NCBI GenBank assembly: GCA_039208735.1
Contig: JBCCQY010000225.1
Span: 1-11,840, forward strand
From: Myxococcota bacterium
GTDB taxonomy: Bacteria > Myxococcota_A > UBA796 > GCA-2862545
Direction: 5' to 3'
Length of the DNA: 11,840 nt
Part shown: positions 1 through 7,206 of the stretch, one piece after another
Numbering within the stretch: the first letter of the stretch is position 1
Layout of the letters: each line of letters starts with the position of its first letter
Position numbers and translations under genes: made by a program
Notes under the pieces: model-generated
What the model was told of the DNA's origin: nothing
What the model saw: the letters and a program-made list of their open reading frames with translations, nothing else
Database searches by the model: none

Positions 1-1
1 C

Positions 2-1783
2 TCAAGTGTGGCCCTCATCAAGCAAAAGCTTGGGGCAGCTGAACGCGATCGTCGGCTGTCGGAACCTCTTGTGCGCTCACTGGTTCAGGTGACGGAAGGG
101 CTTCCATTGGCATTGGAGCTTGCTGCGTCGAAGCTTGAGGGGATTCAACTGGACGATTTGGTGGGGCGGCTCCAAGCCTCGTTGTCCCTTGTGGAGGGTG
201 GGGAACGACGGCTTACGGCTACGGTGCGGGAAAGCATTGCGCTCCTTCGAGAGCCAGCCCGCGACGTCCTTGCCGCGGCGGCTTGGTTCCCGGAATCGTT
301 TGCGACGACGGAACTGACGGAAGTGTGGGGAGGTTCGGTTGCGGATGCCATCGAATGTGTCGCCGACATCCGGCGGGCCGCACTCCTCGCTGAGTTTGAA
401 GGCGGCTGGAAACTTCTTGACGTCGTTCGGGCGGCAGCGCGTCGCGATGACGACCGCCCGCACCGCTTCGTCAGTTGGGTGGTCCAGCAGGCGCGAGAAG
501 TCGACTGGGAAGGACCTCTTTCGGATCCGCCACCCTCGCGGTGGGTCGCGAACCTGTCTGCTGCCTTGGACCATGCGACCGAGCTGGAAGATCGGATTGA
601 GCTAGCGATTGCCCTGACGAGGCACCAATGGTCCTACGGAAATCACCATCGAGGCCCAGACGTACTCGAGGGCTTGCTGGATGAGCCGTTGACGGCACGA
701 CAACGGGCGCGGGTCTGCGAGCTGCTTTCGGCGACGGTGGTGGTCCGCTACGGTTTGATTGATCGCGGGCTGCAACTCGTGGCACAGGGCCTGACTTGCG
801 CAGAGGACGACGGGGATCCGGACTTGATCGCCTGTTTGCGGATTCGTGAAATGGGTCTTTTGCTACATTGCAGCGATTCAATCGGCTTTGCGGCGACTTC
901 GCGTGAACTCCTCACCTTTACGGAGCAGCCAGGGGTTCGGACCACACTTTGGACTCAAGCGGCCCGGTACCGGGCGATCGTTCTCTTTGCGCAGAAGCGA
1001 GGCGAAGAGGCCTATCGACTACTGCTGCAGGCCCTGGCCCGGGCGCGTGGCATGGTGGATGAGCTACGGATTCTAAGGGAAATTGCCCGCATTCAGGGTA
1101 CCCGTGGCCTCGACGGAATCCATGAACTCGAAGAGGCGTTCGCGCTTGCTCGGCACTACGGCATGACCCGCCAACGGTTGAGCATTGGACAGAACCTAGC
1201 CGCAGTCTACCTAAACCAAGGACGGGAGGAGGACAGCAGGAAGGTCTACTCAGAGCTCGTTGCGGATGCGGGCCTTACGGGGCAACGGGGTCCGCACTAT
1301 GCGGCGCGCATCGGACTTGCCCTGCTTGAACCGGAGCGTCGTCGAGCCATCTCCTCGCTGGAGCAGTGCCGCGCAGAGGCGCTGACCCAAAAGATGATGC
1401 AGGAAGCGGCCATTGCAGGAATGAACGCGGGACGGCTTCACCATCTCGAGGGGCGCCTCGAGATCGCACGAGCTGCATACGAGGAGGCCCTGGGTTGGGC
1501 CGAGACACTCGATCTCCCGGATGCTTCCAATTTGACGCGAGGTTGGCTGGCCCTGGCCTTGGCCGAGCTAGGGGACAACAGGTCCGCCTCATCGCTCATC
1601 GAGGACCTGAAGCACGATGGCCTGTTGGGTGAGGCTCGAGCCCGTCTTGTGCAGTTCGTTCTGGCCAGAGAACGCGATGAAACACGCATGTCGCAGTCGG
1701 ACCTGGATACTCCCGGGGCGTCATCGATCATTGAACTTGGACGGCGTCTCCAAAGCGCTGGCGGATCGACGCGATCGGAGTAG
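2..1783 (+). CDS. STAND-class (NB-ARC / predicted-ATPase type) protein with C-terminal TPR-like repeats; 5'-truncated
   Basis: The frame is open to the window edge and stops at TAG 1781-1783. It has the GLPLALELAAS (GxP) motif, a winged-helix-like segment (AAWFPESF...WKLLDVVR) and ANLSAALDHA, followed by helical TPR-like repeats (QNLAAVYLNQGREEDSRKVYSE; MNAGRLHHLEGRLEIARAAYEEALGWA). The P-loop must lie upstream of the window. Confidence 0.8.
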   Translation, partial: SSVALIKQKLGAAERDRRLSEPLVRSLVQVTEGLPLALELAASKLEGIQLDDLVGRLQASLSLVEGGERRLTATVRESIALLREPARDVLAAAAWFPESFATTELTEVWGGSVADAIECVADIRRAALLAEFEGGWKLLDVVRAAARRDDDRPHRFVSWVVQQAREVDWEGPLSDPPPSRWVANLSAALDHATELEDRIELAIALTRHQWSYGNHHRGPDVLEGLLDEPLTARQRARVCELLSATVVVRYGLIDRGLQLVAQGLTCAEDDGDPDLIACLRIREMGLLLHCSDSIGFAATSRELLTFTEQPGVRTTLWTQAARYRAIVLFAQKRGEEAYRLLLQALARARGMVDELRILREIARIQGTRGLDGIHELEEAFALARHYGMTRQRLSIGQNLAAVYLNQGREEDSRKVYSELVADAGLTGQRGPHYAARIGLALLEPERRRAISSLEQCRAEALTQKMMQEAAIAGMNAGRLHHLEGRLEIARAAYEEALGWAETLDLPDASNLTRGWLALALAELGDNRSASSLIEDLKHDGLLGEARARLVQFVLARERDETRMSQSDLDTPGASSIIELGRRLQSAGGSTRSE

Positions 1784-1844
1784 GAACGGGGAGAGGTTTG
1801 GCATGACGCAAGCAATGCGGTGAGAGCCATTCCGGCGCGAAAAT

Positions 1845-2369
1845 CTACTCGGGGAGGTCGGTTAATGGGCCTTCCTCCAAGAAATTCCACGCCCTCGGAA
1901 GTTCGGCACCACAACCGCAGAAGTAGTGGTCATCCTTGATCAGGTTGATGGCGTGACAAGACGGACAGCGCCGGAATTCGAAGGCGGGGTCGAAGCCATT
2001 TGGTGGCTCGAGGCCGGCGTGCCGTAGCGCGTCTGCGACCGCGGGCCAGGATCGAGGCTCAGGACAGAATCCTGTACTTTGATTGGTGATCGACACGACG
2101 TCGACCCCGTGATGGTAGGACAGGCCGATCTCGCCTGCGGACCGAACGGGCCCCCCGCCTGCACAAGCGACATGCTCGCTGTGTCGGTCGGCGAGCCGTA
2201 GCCCTCCTTCTGCATCCACCACCCAGGTGGCAATGGTCACGTCTGAAGGCTTTGCGCCAGCGGCCTTCAGCCATTGCAGCGCATCGGTGGGTGAACGAAT
2301 GAGGGCACCGTGCGGTAAGTCCTTCACGCGCTCTCGGATCTCGGGTGGACCAACGTAGAAATAGTTCAC
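1845..2369 (-). CDS. Hypothetical protein with C-terminal zinc ribbon
   Basis: 174-aa ORF with a GTG start and a weak AAGAG upstream. Motif-like segments are RLADRHSEHVACAGGGPVRSAGEI and ITNQSTGFCPEP. The C-terminal CPSC...CGCG pair looks like a Zn ribbon. It fills the gap between the flanking genes without overlap. Confidence 0.75.
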   Translation of the reverse strand: MNYFYVGPPEIRERVKDLPHGALIRSPTDALQWLKAAGAKPSDVTIATWVVDAEGGLRLADRHSEHVACAGGGPVRSAGEIGLSYHHGVDVVSITNQSTGFCPEPRSWPAVADALRHAGLEPPNGFDPAFEFRRCPSCHAINLIKDDHYFCGCGAELPRAWNFLEEGPLTDLPE

Positions 2370-2516
2370 GGCTTGCTCTTCGGGGCGGCGGCATCGTGGA
2401 GTGGCGTCATTTGCGGGGGCTCGCGTAACGACCCGGCACCTGGTTCAGACCCCAACACAGAACGGCCGTCATCCAAGTGGATGGGCCAACGCATTTGAAA
2501 TTTCGATCCGAGCATC

Positions 2517-2522
2517 GGAGGG
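2517..2522 (+). promoter_or_regulatory. Shine-Dalgarno site for the vWA lipoprotein gene
   Basis: GGAGGG lies 5 nt upstream of the in-frame GTG at 2528. Confidence 0.65.
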
Positions 2523-2527
2523 CCGTC

Positions 2528-3604
2528 GTGCGCAATCTGTTGAACGTCATCTCGCTGTCTATTCTATCGGCGTGTGCCACGGATGAGCTTCCTGAACGCG
2601 ACGCCACCAATCGAAGGCCAGGGGTATCCACGCGTTCGCTCGAGCTTTGTGTCGATGGGGATGCGACGCGAGGATTTGCCTCCTTCGTGCTCACAGATAA
2701 CGATGGTGTGCCGCTGACCGGCGATGGGTCTTCCGTTGCGCAGACCATCGACGGGGATGCCCCCGGCAGCGGGCGGTGGGAGGGCGGCGAGTCCCTCGAT
2801 CAGACCGACCTCGACAGCGACCTTCACGTCACCTTGGTGCTCGATGCCAGCCGGTCGATCGTCGAGGAAGGTCTGTTCGACGATATGCGTCAAGCCGCCC
2901 AGCGACTCCTGGAGGACGGCGCGGAGCGTTGGGCGGCCCGGCCGGGCGAGTTCACGTGGCGGGTCCTTTGGTTCAACCAGTGGGTGTGGGAGGCCGACGA
3001 CGACTGGGCGTTCGCCGATGTGGGGTCCATCCCGGAACCTACGATCGATGATGATGGTTTTACCAGGATGTACGCAGCCATCGACTTTTCCGTCGACCAG
3101 TTGACCGGACTGCGGGCCGAAGGGGTGGCGGCGCGTGAACGCGACAACCACCTGCTCGTCGTGTTTACGGACGGTCGTGACAATTCGAGTGGACGGGTGA
3201 GTCCGCCGGTTCCCTTTGAATCCGGGTCGACCGCGACCGAAGCTACGTTCGCGGTTCATCCCACGCCGGTGGTCACCGAAAACGACATCGTCGCTCAACT
3301 CGAGGGACTCGGCTTTCTCCAAGTTTCGCTCCTTGCGCTTGGCAATGATGTTGAGGAAGACGTCCTCGACCGTTTCGCAGATGCGGGGAGGGGTCAAGTG
3401 TTCGCAGGCGACAACCTCGATCAGTTGTTTGGGGATGCGGAGCGTTCGTTCGAAACCCTCAAGACGGTGGGCTTCCGGCTGCCCCTCAACCCTGGAGATG
3501 CCCACGACTGGGAGCTTTCGTTCACAGTAGACGCGTGGCCAGAGTCCACCGACATCGTGCTACCCATCATGCGGGAGGCCTCGACGCCTGACTGTGTCGA
3601 GTAG
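2528..3604 (+). CDS. von Willebrand factor A (vWA) domain lipoprotein
   Basis: The start is moved from 2477 to GTG 2528 because of the SD site and because it gives a signal peptide with lipobox (MRNLLNVISLSILSA-C). MIDAS elements are present: LVLDASRS (DxSxS), GFTRMYAAI (T) and LLVVFTDGRDNSS (D). The sequence is acidic. Confidence 0.85.
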   Translation: MRNLLNVISLSILSACATDELPERDATNRRPGVSTRSLELCVDGDATRGFASFVLTDNDGVPLTGDGSSVAQTIDGDAPGSGRWEGGESLDQTDLDSDLHVTLVLDASRSIVEEGLFDDMRQAAQRLLEDGAERWAARPGEFTWRVLWFNQWVWEADDDWAFADVGSIPEPTIDDDGFTRMYAAIDFSVDQLTGLRAEGVAARERDNHLLVVFTDGRDNSSGRVSPPVPFESGSTATEATFAVHPTPVVTENDIVAQLEGLGFLQVSLLALGNDVEEDVLDRFADAGRGQVFAGDNLDQLFGDAERSFETLKTVGFRLPLNPGDAHDWELSFTVDAWPESTDIVLPIMREASTPDCVE

Positions 3605-3730
3605 CGACGAAGGGTCCATCAAGGCGGCCGTGCGTTTCAGTCTTCCTATACGACGTGACACACCAACTTAAACCATCGCTTTCGATGGCGACCGGTGCCC
3701 ACTTCCGAACATACGAAGCGATCATCACAC

Positions 3731-3735
3731 GGAGG
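3731..3735 (+). promoter_or_regulatory. Shine-Dalgarno site for the DUF4136-like gene
   Basis: GGAGG lies 5 nt upstream of ATG 3741. Confidence 0.7.
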
Positions 3736-3740
3736 TTCTT

Positions 3741-4277
3741 ATGCACATGGTAGCACTGATGCTCCTCGCTGGGTCAACGTTGGCGGATGCCGCACGCGTT
3801 CAGCATGACGTCGATCGTGGCGCGGACTTCGCCGCTGCCCAGACCTTCGCCTTTCGGCCAGACGTTCCCCGGGATGAAGATCTGTCGCCGCTTACCGACA
3901 AGCGACTTCGCGATACCATCCGCGCCCAGCTCGCGGCTCGGGGGCTCCGGGAATCCACCGACCCCGACCTTTGGCTTTCGATCGACGCAACTCGGGATCG
4001 ATCGCTTCGGGTAGACCACACCGGGATTGGATTTGGGTATGGGTTCGGCTATCGGCGCCGGTTCGGTGGATTCGGGTCGCTTGGAACGTTGGACACGCGT
4101 GTCACCACGGTGCAGAATGCGACGATTCATATCGATGTTTGGGATGCGGCAACCGAGGAGCCAGTGTGGCGGGGCACGCTGACCGACCGCGTTCGGGACA
4201 ACCCGAAGCGAATGGCTCGCAAGATCGACAAGGCGGTTCGGAAGGTTTTTCGCCGGTTCCCGGTTGAGGCCACCTAA
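3741..4277 (+). CDS. DUF4136 domain-containing exported protein
   Basis: A signal peptide is followed by the family-like pattern DVDRGADFAAAQTFAF...IRAQLAARGL...PDLWL, a Gly/aromatic loop (GFGYGFGY), then TIHIDVWDAATEEPVWRG and IDKAVRKVFRRFP. Confidence 0.85.
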   Translation: MHMVALMLLAGSTLADAARVQHDVDRGADFAAAQTFAFRPDVPRDEDLSPLTDKRLRDTIRAQLAARGLRESTDPDLWLSIDATRDRSLRVDHTGIGFGYGFGYRRRFGGFGSLGTLDTRVTTVQNATIHIDVWDAATEEPVWRGTLTDRVRDNPKRMARKIDKAVRKVFRRFPVEAT

Positions 4278-4308
4278 CCGACGGTTGCGCGGCAACGTCA
4301 ACCGTCGG
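4278..4308. terminator. Inverted repeat at the junction of convergent genes (putative terminator or 3' stabilising hairpin)
   Basis: Perfect 10-bp inverted repeat: CCGACGGTTG (4278-4287) and CAACCGTCGG (4299-4308). It starts right after the TAA of the plus-strand gene and overlaps the last codons of the minus-strand gene. There is no U-tract. Confidence 0.45.
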
Positions 4309-5071
4309 CCAACGAGGACTCCGTGCAGTAAAGACCGCTCACCCGGCCGACCAGCGACATCCCAAATGCCAGGACCGTCTCGCGCACCCCTTGGTTGTTG
4401 AAACGGAGCAAGGATCCGTTGCGACTATCGAGGATGTGAAAGAATTCGCCGGTCGCTACGATCCCATCAATGAAATCGTTGAAGTCACGCAGCGGCACGC
4501 GATCGATCTCCATTCCCTCGGCATTGAGTACGGTCAGGCGGCCATCCGCGAACCACGACGTGTAGAACAGACCTTCGTTGTAGTCGAGGTTGAAGTCGTT
4601 CCAGCTCCCCGGCAAAGCGCGTGTGGGCTCATTCGCGGCCAGGGCATCGATGTCTTCGTAGACCCGAAACTGACCTGGCGTGGCGAGAACCACCTCGTCT
4701 TCGGTAAACACAACGGCATCGATGTACGGAATCGGTCCGATGTTCGTGACTTCTCCGTCGGCGAGAGAAAGGGACGCCACCTTGGCTTTCCCTCGTCCCC
4801 AATAGACGATGGTGTCGACGCCGTCATAGCTGAACCGTGCGTCGTCGAAATCCGAGGGGTTCAGGTCGAACGTCTGCAACGGGAATCCGATGCCCGAATC
4901 GAGTCCGACCACAAAGAAGCGCACGTCCTGGTCAGACACCGAAAGCAGGCACCAACTCGACTCTTCGAATACCTCGGGCACGGGCTCGTCCCGAGCTCGA
5001 ACCGTGGGGTGCTGGCCAACAGCAGCTGCGGGAAGATCGCACAACCAGCGGTCAAAACGAGGGGCACGCAA
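4298..5071 (-). CDS. Hypothetical protein, probable beta-propeller; 5' end uncertain
   Basis: 257-aa ORF with repeated short beta-strand units about 35-40 aa apart (FSYDGVDTIVYW, VVFTEDEVVLA, LDYNEGLFYTSW, IVATGEFFHILD). The annotated TTG has no well-spaced SD, and the best SD-ATG pair is in another frame (see findings). Confidence 0.65.
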   Translation of the reverse strand: MRAPRFDRWLCDLPAAAVGQHPTVRARDEPVPEVFEESSWCLLSVSDQDVRFFVVGLDSGIGFPLQTFDLNPSDFDDARFSYDGVDTIVYWGRGKAKVASLSLADGEVTNIGPIPYIDAVVFTEDEVVLATPGQFRVYEDIDALAANEPTRALPGSWNDFNLDYNEGLFYTSWFADGRLTVLNAEGMEIDRVPLRDFNDFIDGIVATGEFFHILDSRNGSLLRFNNQGVRETVLAFGMSLVGRVSGLYCTESSLADG

Positions 5072-5129
5072 CGTGGAACATGAACCATTCCTCCGGACCT
5101 GTTGCCTCTTGATGCGTGTGGCCCTCGAG

Positions 5130-5275
5130 GCTGATCAGCGGCAAGCGAAGCTTGCGCGAAATCAGAACAGCAGCAAGCAAAGCTTGCGCGAATCTGATCA
5201 CCGCTGGCCTTCGGCGCTCCGCGCCCGCAGGCTCACGCGGTCAGCTTTCGTCGCTTCGCTCCTGCAAGCTGATCA
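5130..5275. repeat. Intergenic palindromic (REP/BIME-like) element: ~32-bp tandem duplication plus two further hairpins
   Basis: GCAAGC-GAA-GCTTGC (5141-5155) and GCAAGC-AAA-GCTTGC (5173-5187) sit in 32-bp-period repeats. Further stems are GGCGC-TCC-GCGCC (5213-5225) and TCAGCTT...AAGCTGA (5241-5272). TGATCA occurs at 5132, 5195 and 5270. Confidence 0.7.
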
Positions 5276-5297
5276 TCATTTCCACGCGGCGCGTTGT

Positions 5298-7106
5298 TCA
5301 CAACGGACCTAGCAAGGTCGGACCGCCGTACACGAGATAGGCGGCTCCGCCCCGCAACGTGTCGGTTCCATGAAGGTATGCGCCGATCAATAGGTCATCG
5401 TAGCCGTCGCCGTTGATGTCACCGGCTGCCGCTACGGAATCACCCGCAAGATCTCCTGGACCCTCGCCGGTCCAGACGATGTCGGCGAACGCGGTGTCGA
5501 TCGAGCCTTGGACGGGGCCGAAGAAGAGGTAAATGGCTCCGTTGTTCGCCACCCCGAAGTCGGCCGTTGGTGCGCCCACTGCTACATCGTCGATGCCGTC
5601 CCCGTTGAGGTCACCCGCGATCACAACGGAACGACCGAGGTCGAAGTCACCGAGCGCCGTGATGGTTGCGGCCGAAATCGCATCTGAGGTGCTTCCGTCC
5701 CAGCTCGCGAGAGACGAGTTTCCAGCTAGGACGTGGGACGTGCTTTCTGGAGCGGTCTGGCCTGGCGCGCCCACGATGAGATCGTCGTTTCCGTCACCCG
5801 TTACATCCCCCGTGCCTCGGGCCGAGAATCCGAAAAAGACGTCCGCTCCACTGCCCGTTACCACGAGATCAGCGGCCTGAGTCACCGGGGTATCGGCAAC
5901 CGGCCATTGGCTCTTGCCCAGAAAGACATAGATCTGGCCATTATTGAACTGCGGGGCGTCCACGCCATGCGCGCCGAGGACGAAGTCTGCGTAGCCATCG
6001 GCATTGAGGTCACCTGCAGCATTGACCGAGCGCCCAGTGAGGCTGAATGGCTCGCCTCTCCAAATCTGGCGGGCTGACAATGCTACGGGTTGGGTGGCGT
6101 CCCAGGTGGACCGTCCGTCTCCAAAGATCAGGTAGCCCGTACCGGTGTTGGTCTTTCCACCGGAGTTCTCCTGGGCCCCGAGGACCAGGTCGGCAAAGCC
6201 GTCGCGGTTGGTGTCGCCGACAAACGCAACTTCACGCAGCTCTTCAGCGGATTCTCCAGTGAACGTGACATCCGCATCGGTGGCGTCAAGCACCTTGCCC
6301 GTCCACTGACATCCGAAGAACACCATTGCGGCACCTGCATTGGGTCCGGCTAGATCGTCTCCGCCAGCGCCAAGTGCGAGGTCGTCGCAGCCATCACCAT
6401 CCAGATCCCCGGGGGTCGAGGAAAGTCCAGAACCCAGGCTGCTCTCGAGACGACCATTGATTTGCAGGTCCGCCGCCGCCTCGATGTTGTGGCTTCCCGC
6501 CCACGCCTCTTTCCGTCCAAACAGTACGAACACGGCCCCTGCAGAGCCTCCCCCATCGGAACTTTGGGGTGCGCCAATCGCCATGTCGGCCAGTCCATCT
6601 CCATTCACATCCCCCACGCCGCCGACCCGAAAGCCCACCCAGCCGTTGCGCGTTGCTGCTTCTCCAAACCACTTGGCGCCCGCATCGGAGAGAGAGCGGA
6701 TCCGAGGCAGCTTGCAATCCTGGCTGCAGCCATCATGGTTCTGAGTGCCTCCATCGTCGCACTCCTCGTCAGGCCCTTGCGTCCCGTCCCCGCAGACGTG
6801 CGGTGTACACGTCTCGAGGTTGATGGTTGGAGGAACATCTTCGTCGACTAGATCGTCGCAATCGTTGTCGATCCCGTCACACGTGTCTTCGAGCCCTGGC
6901 GCAACCGAGGCGTCGCGGTCATCGCAATCACCAGACGTGGGGACCCAACCTGGCTCGACACACCGCACTTCCATCGTGGCTTCGGGGCCCACGCCGTCAC
7001 CATCTTGATCTCGGAACAGCGTCGTGGTGCAAGGCTGGTTGGGCGGCTCTACACATGCGGACAACGCCAGGATGAGCCAAGGCCAGAACCTCGTGCGAGA
7101 AAGCAG
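5298..7106 (-). CDS. FG-GAP / integrin-alpha-like beta-propeller lipoprotein with a MopE-like metal-binding motif and a myxobacterial Cys-rich repeat
   Basis: Seven GD(x)NGDGxxD(x)xxGA-type repeats, from GDVNGDGLADMAIGAP to GDINGDGYDDLLIGAY. Also FRDQDGDG...GDCDDRDASVAPG...CDGIDNDCDDLVDE (MopE-like) and CGDG...EECDDG...DGCSQDC (Myxococcus Cys-rich repeat). The frame stays open upstream of 7064 and encodes LSRTRFWPWLILALSA-C, a lipoprotein signal. The start is placed tentatively at CTG 7106. Confidence 0.88.
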   Translation of the reverse strand: MLSRTRFWPWLILALSACVEPPNQPCTTTLFRDQDGDGVGPEATMEVRCVEPGWVPTSGDCDDRDASVAPGLEDTCDGIDNDCDDLVDEDVPPTINLETCTPHVCGDGTQGPDEECDDGGTQNHDGCSQDCKLPRIRSLSDAGAKWFGEAATRNGWVGFRVGGVGDVNGDGLADMAIGAPQSSDGGGSAGAVFVLFGRKEAWAGSHNIEAAADLQINGRLESSLGSGLSSTPGDLDGDGCDDLALGAGGDDLAGPNAGAAMVFFGCQWTGKVLDATDADVTFTGESAEELREVAFVGDTNRDGFADLVLGAQENSGGKTNTGTGYLIFGDGRSTWDATQPVALSARQIWRGEPFSLTGRSVNAAGDLNADGYADFVLGAHGVDAPQFNNGQIYVFLGKSQWPVADTPVTQAADLVVTGSGADVFFGFSARGTGDVTGDGNDDLIVGAPGQTAPESTSHVLAGNSSLASWDGSTSDAISAATITALGDFDLGRSVVIAGDLNGDGIDDVAVGAPTADFGVANNGAIYLFFGPVQGSIDTAFADIVWTGEGPGDLAGDSVAAAGDINGDGYDDLLIGAYLHGTDTLRGGAAYLVYGGPTLLGPL

Positions 7107-7144
7107 AAGTCACCTCATGAATACCGTTTGCGTCATGTGAGGCC

Positions 7145-7153
7145 ACTATAGCA
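7145..7153 (-). promoter_or_regulatory. Putative extended -10 promoter for the FG-GAP gene
   Basis: The minus strand reads TG-C-TATAGT (TGn plus a 5/6 match to TATAAT), about 40 nt upstream of the signal-peptide coding sequence. There is no clear -35. Confidence 0.5.
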
Positions 7154-7177
7154 GGGCGTGGGACCCGGTTTGCGAAC

Positions 7178-7206
7178 TTGACACGCCGGCCGCGATCGTC
7201 GATGCT
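7178..7206 (+). promoter_or_regulatory. Putative sigma70-type promoter, divergent from the FG-GAP gene
   Basis: Perfect TTGACA (7178-7183), a 17-nt spacer, then GATGCT (7201-7206; a 3/6 match that keeps the key A and final T). Confidence 0.4.

Noticed and set aside
1798..1814. Sigma54-like GG-N10-GC motif (TTGGCATGACGCAAGCA)
   Set aside because: It lacks the TTGC -12 consensus and points antisense into a convergent gene.
1935..2185. Zn-dependent deaminase (HSE ... CPSC) in the 174-aa protein
   Set aside because: There is no PCxxC at the usual spacing, and CPSC pairs better with the downstream CGC as a Zn ribbon.
2477..2527. Longer N-terminus for the vWA gene as given in the ORF track
   Set aside because: GTG 2528 has an SD site and gives a proper lipoprotein signal peptide.
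4272..4410. Integron attC site: ACCTAAC (RYYYAAC) overlaps the DUF4136 stop codon
   Set aside because: There is no complementary GTTRRRY box at a suitable distance, the downstream sequence is coding, and there is no cassette array or integrase.
2564..5083. Antisense ORFs 2564-3505 (-), 3774-4301 (-) and 4391-5083 (+)
   Set aside because: Each overlaps a better-supported gene on the opposite strand and has the composition of a shadow ORF.
5133..5197. CRISPR mini-array
   Set aside because: Only two adjacent imperfect copies with no unique spacer of proper length, and no cas genes in the window.
4298..7112. Genome-wide TGA recoding to explain the in-frame TGA at 7112-7110
   Set aside because: TGA ends the 4298 and 5298 genes at plausible C-termini, and no long gene needs an internal TGA.
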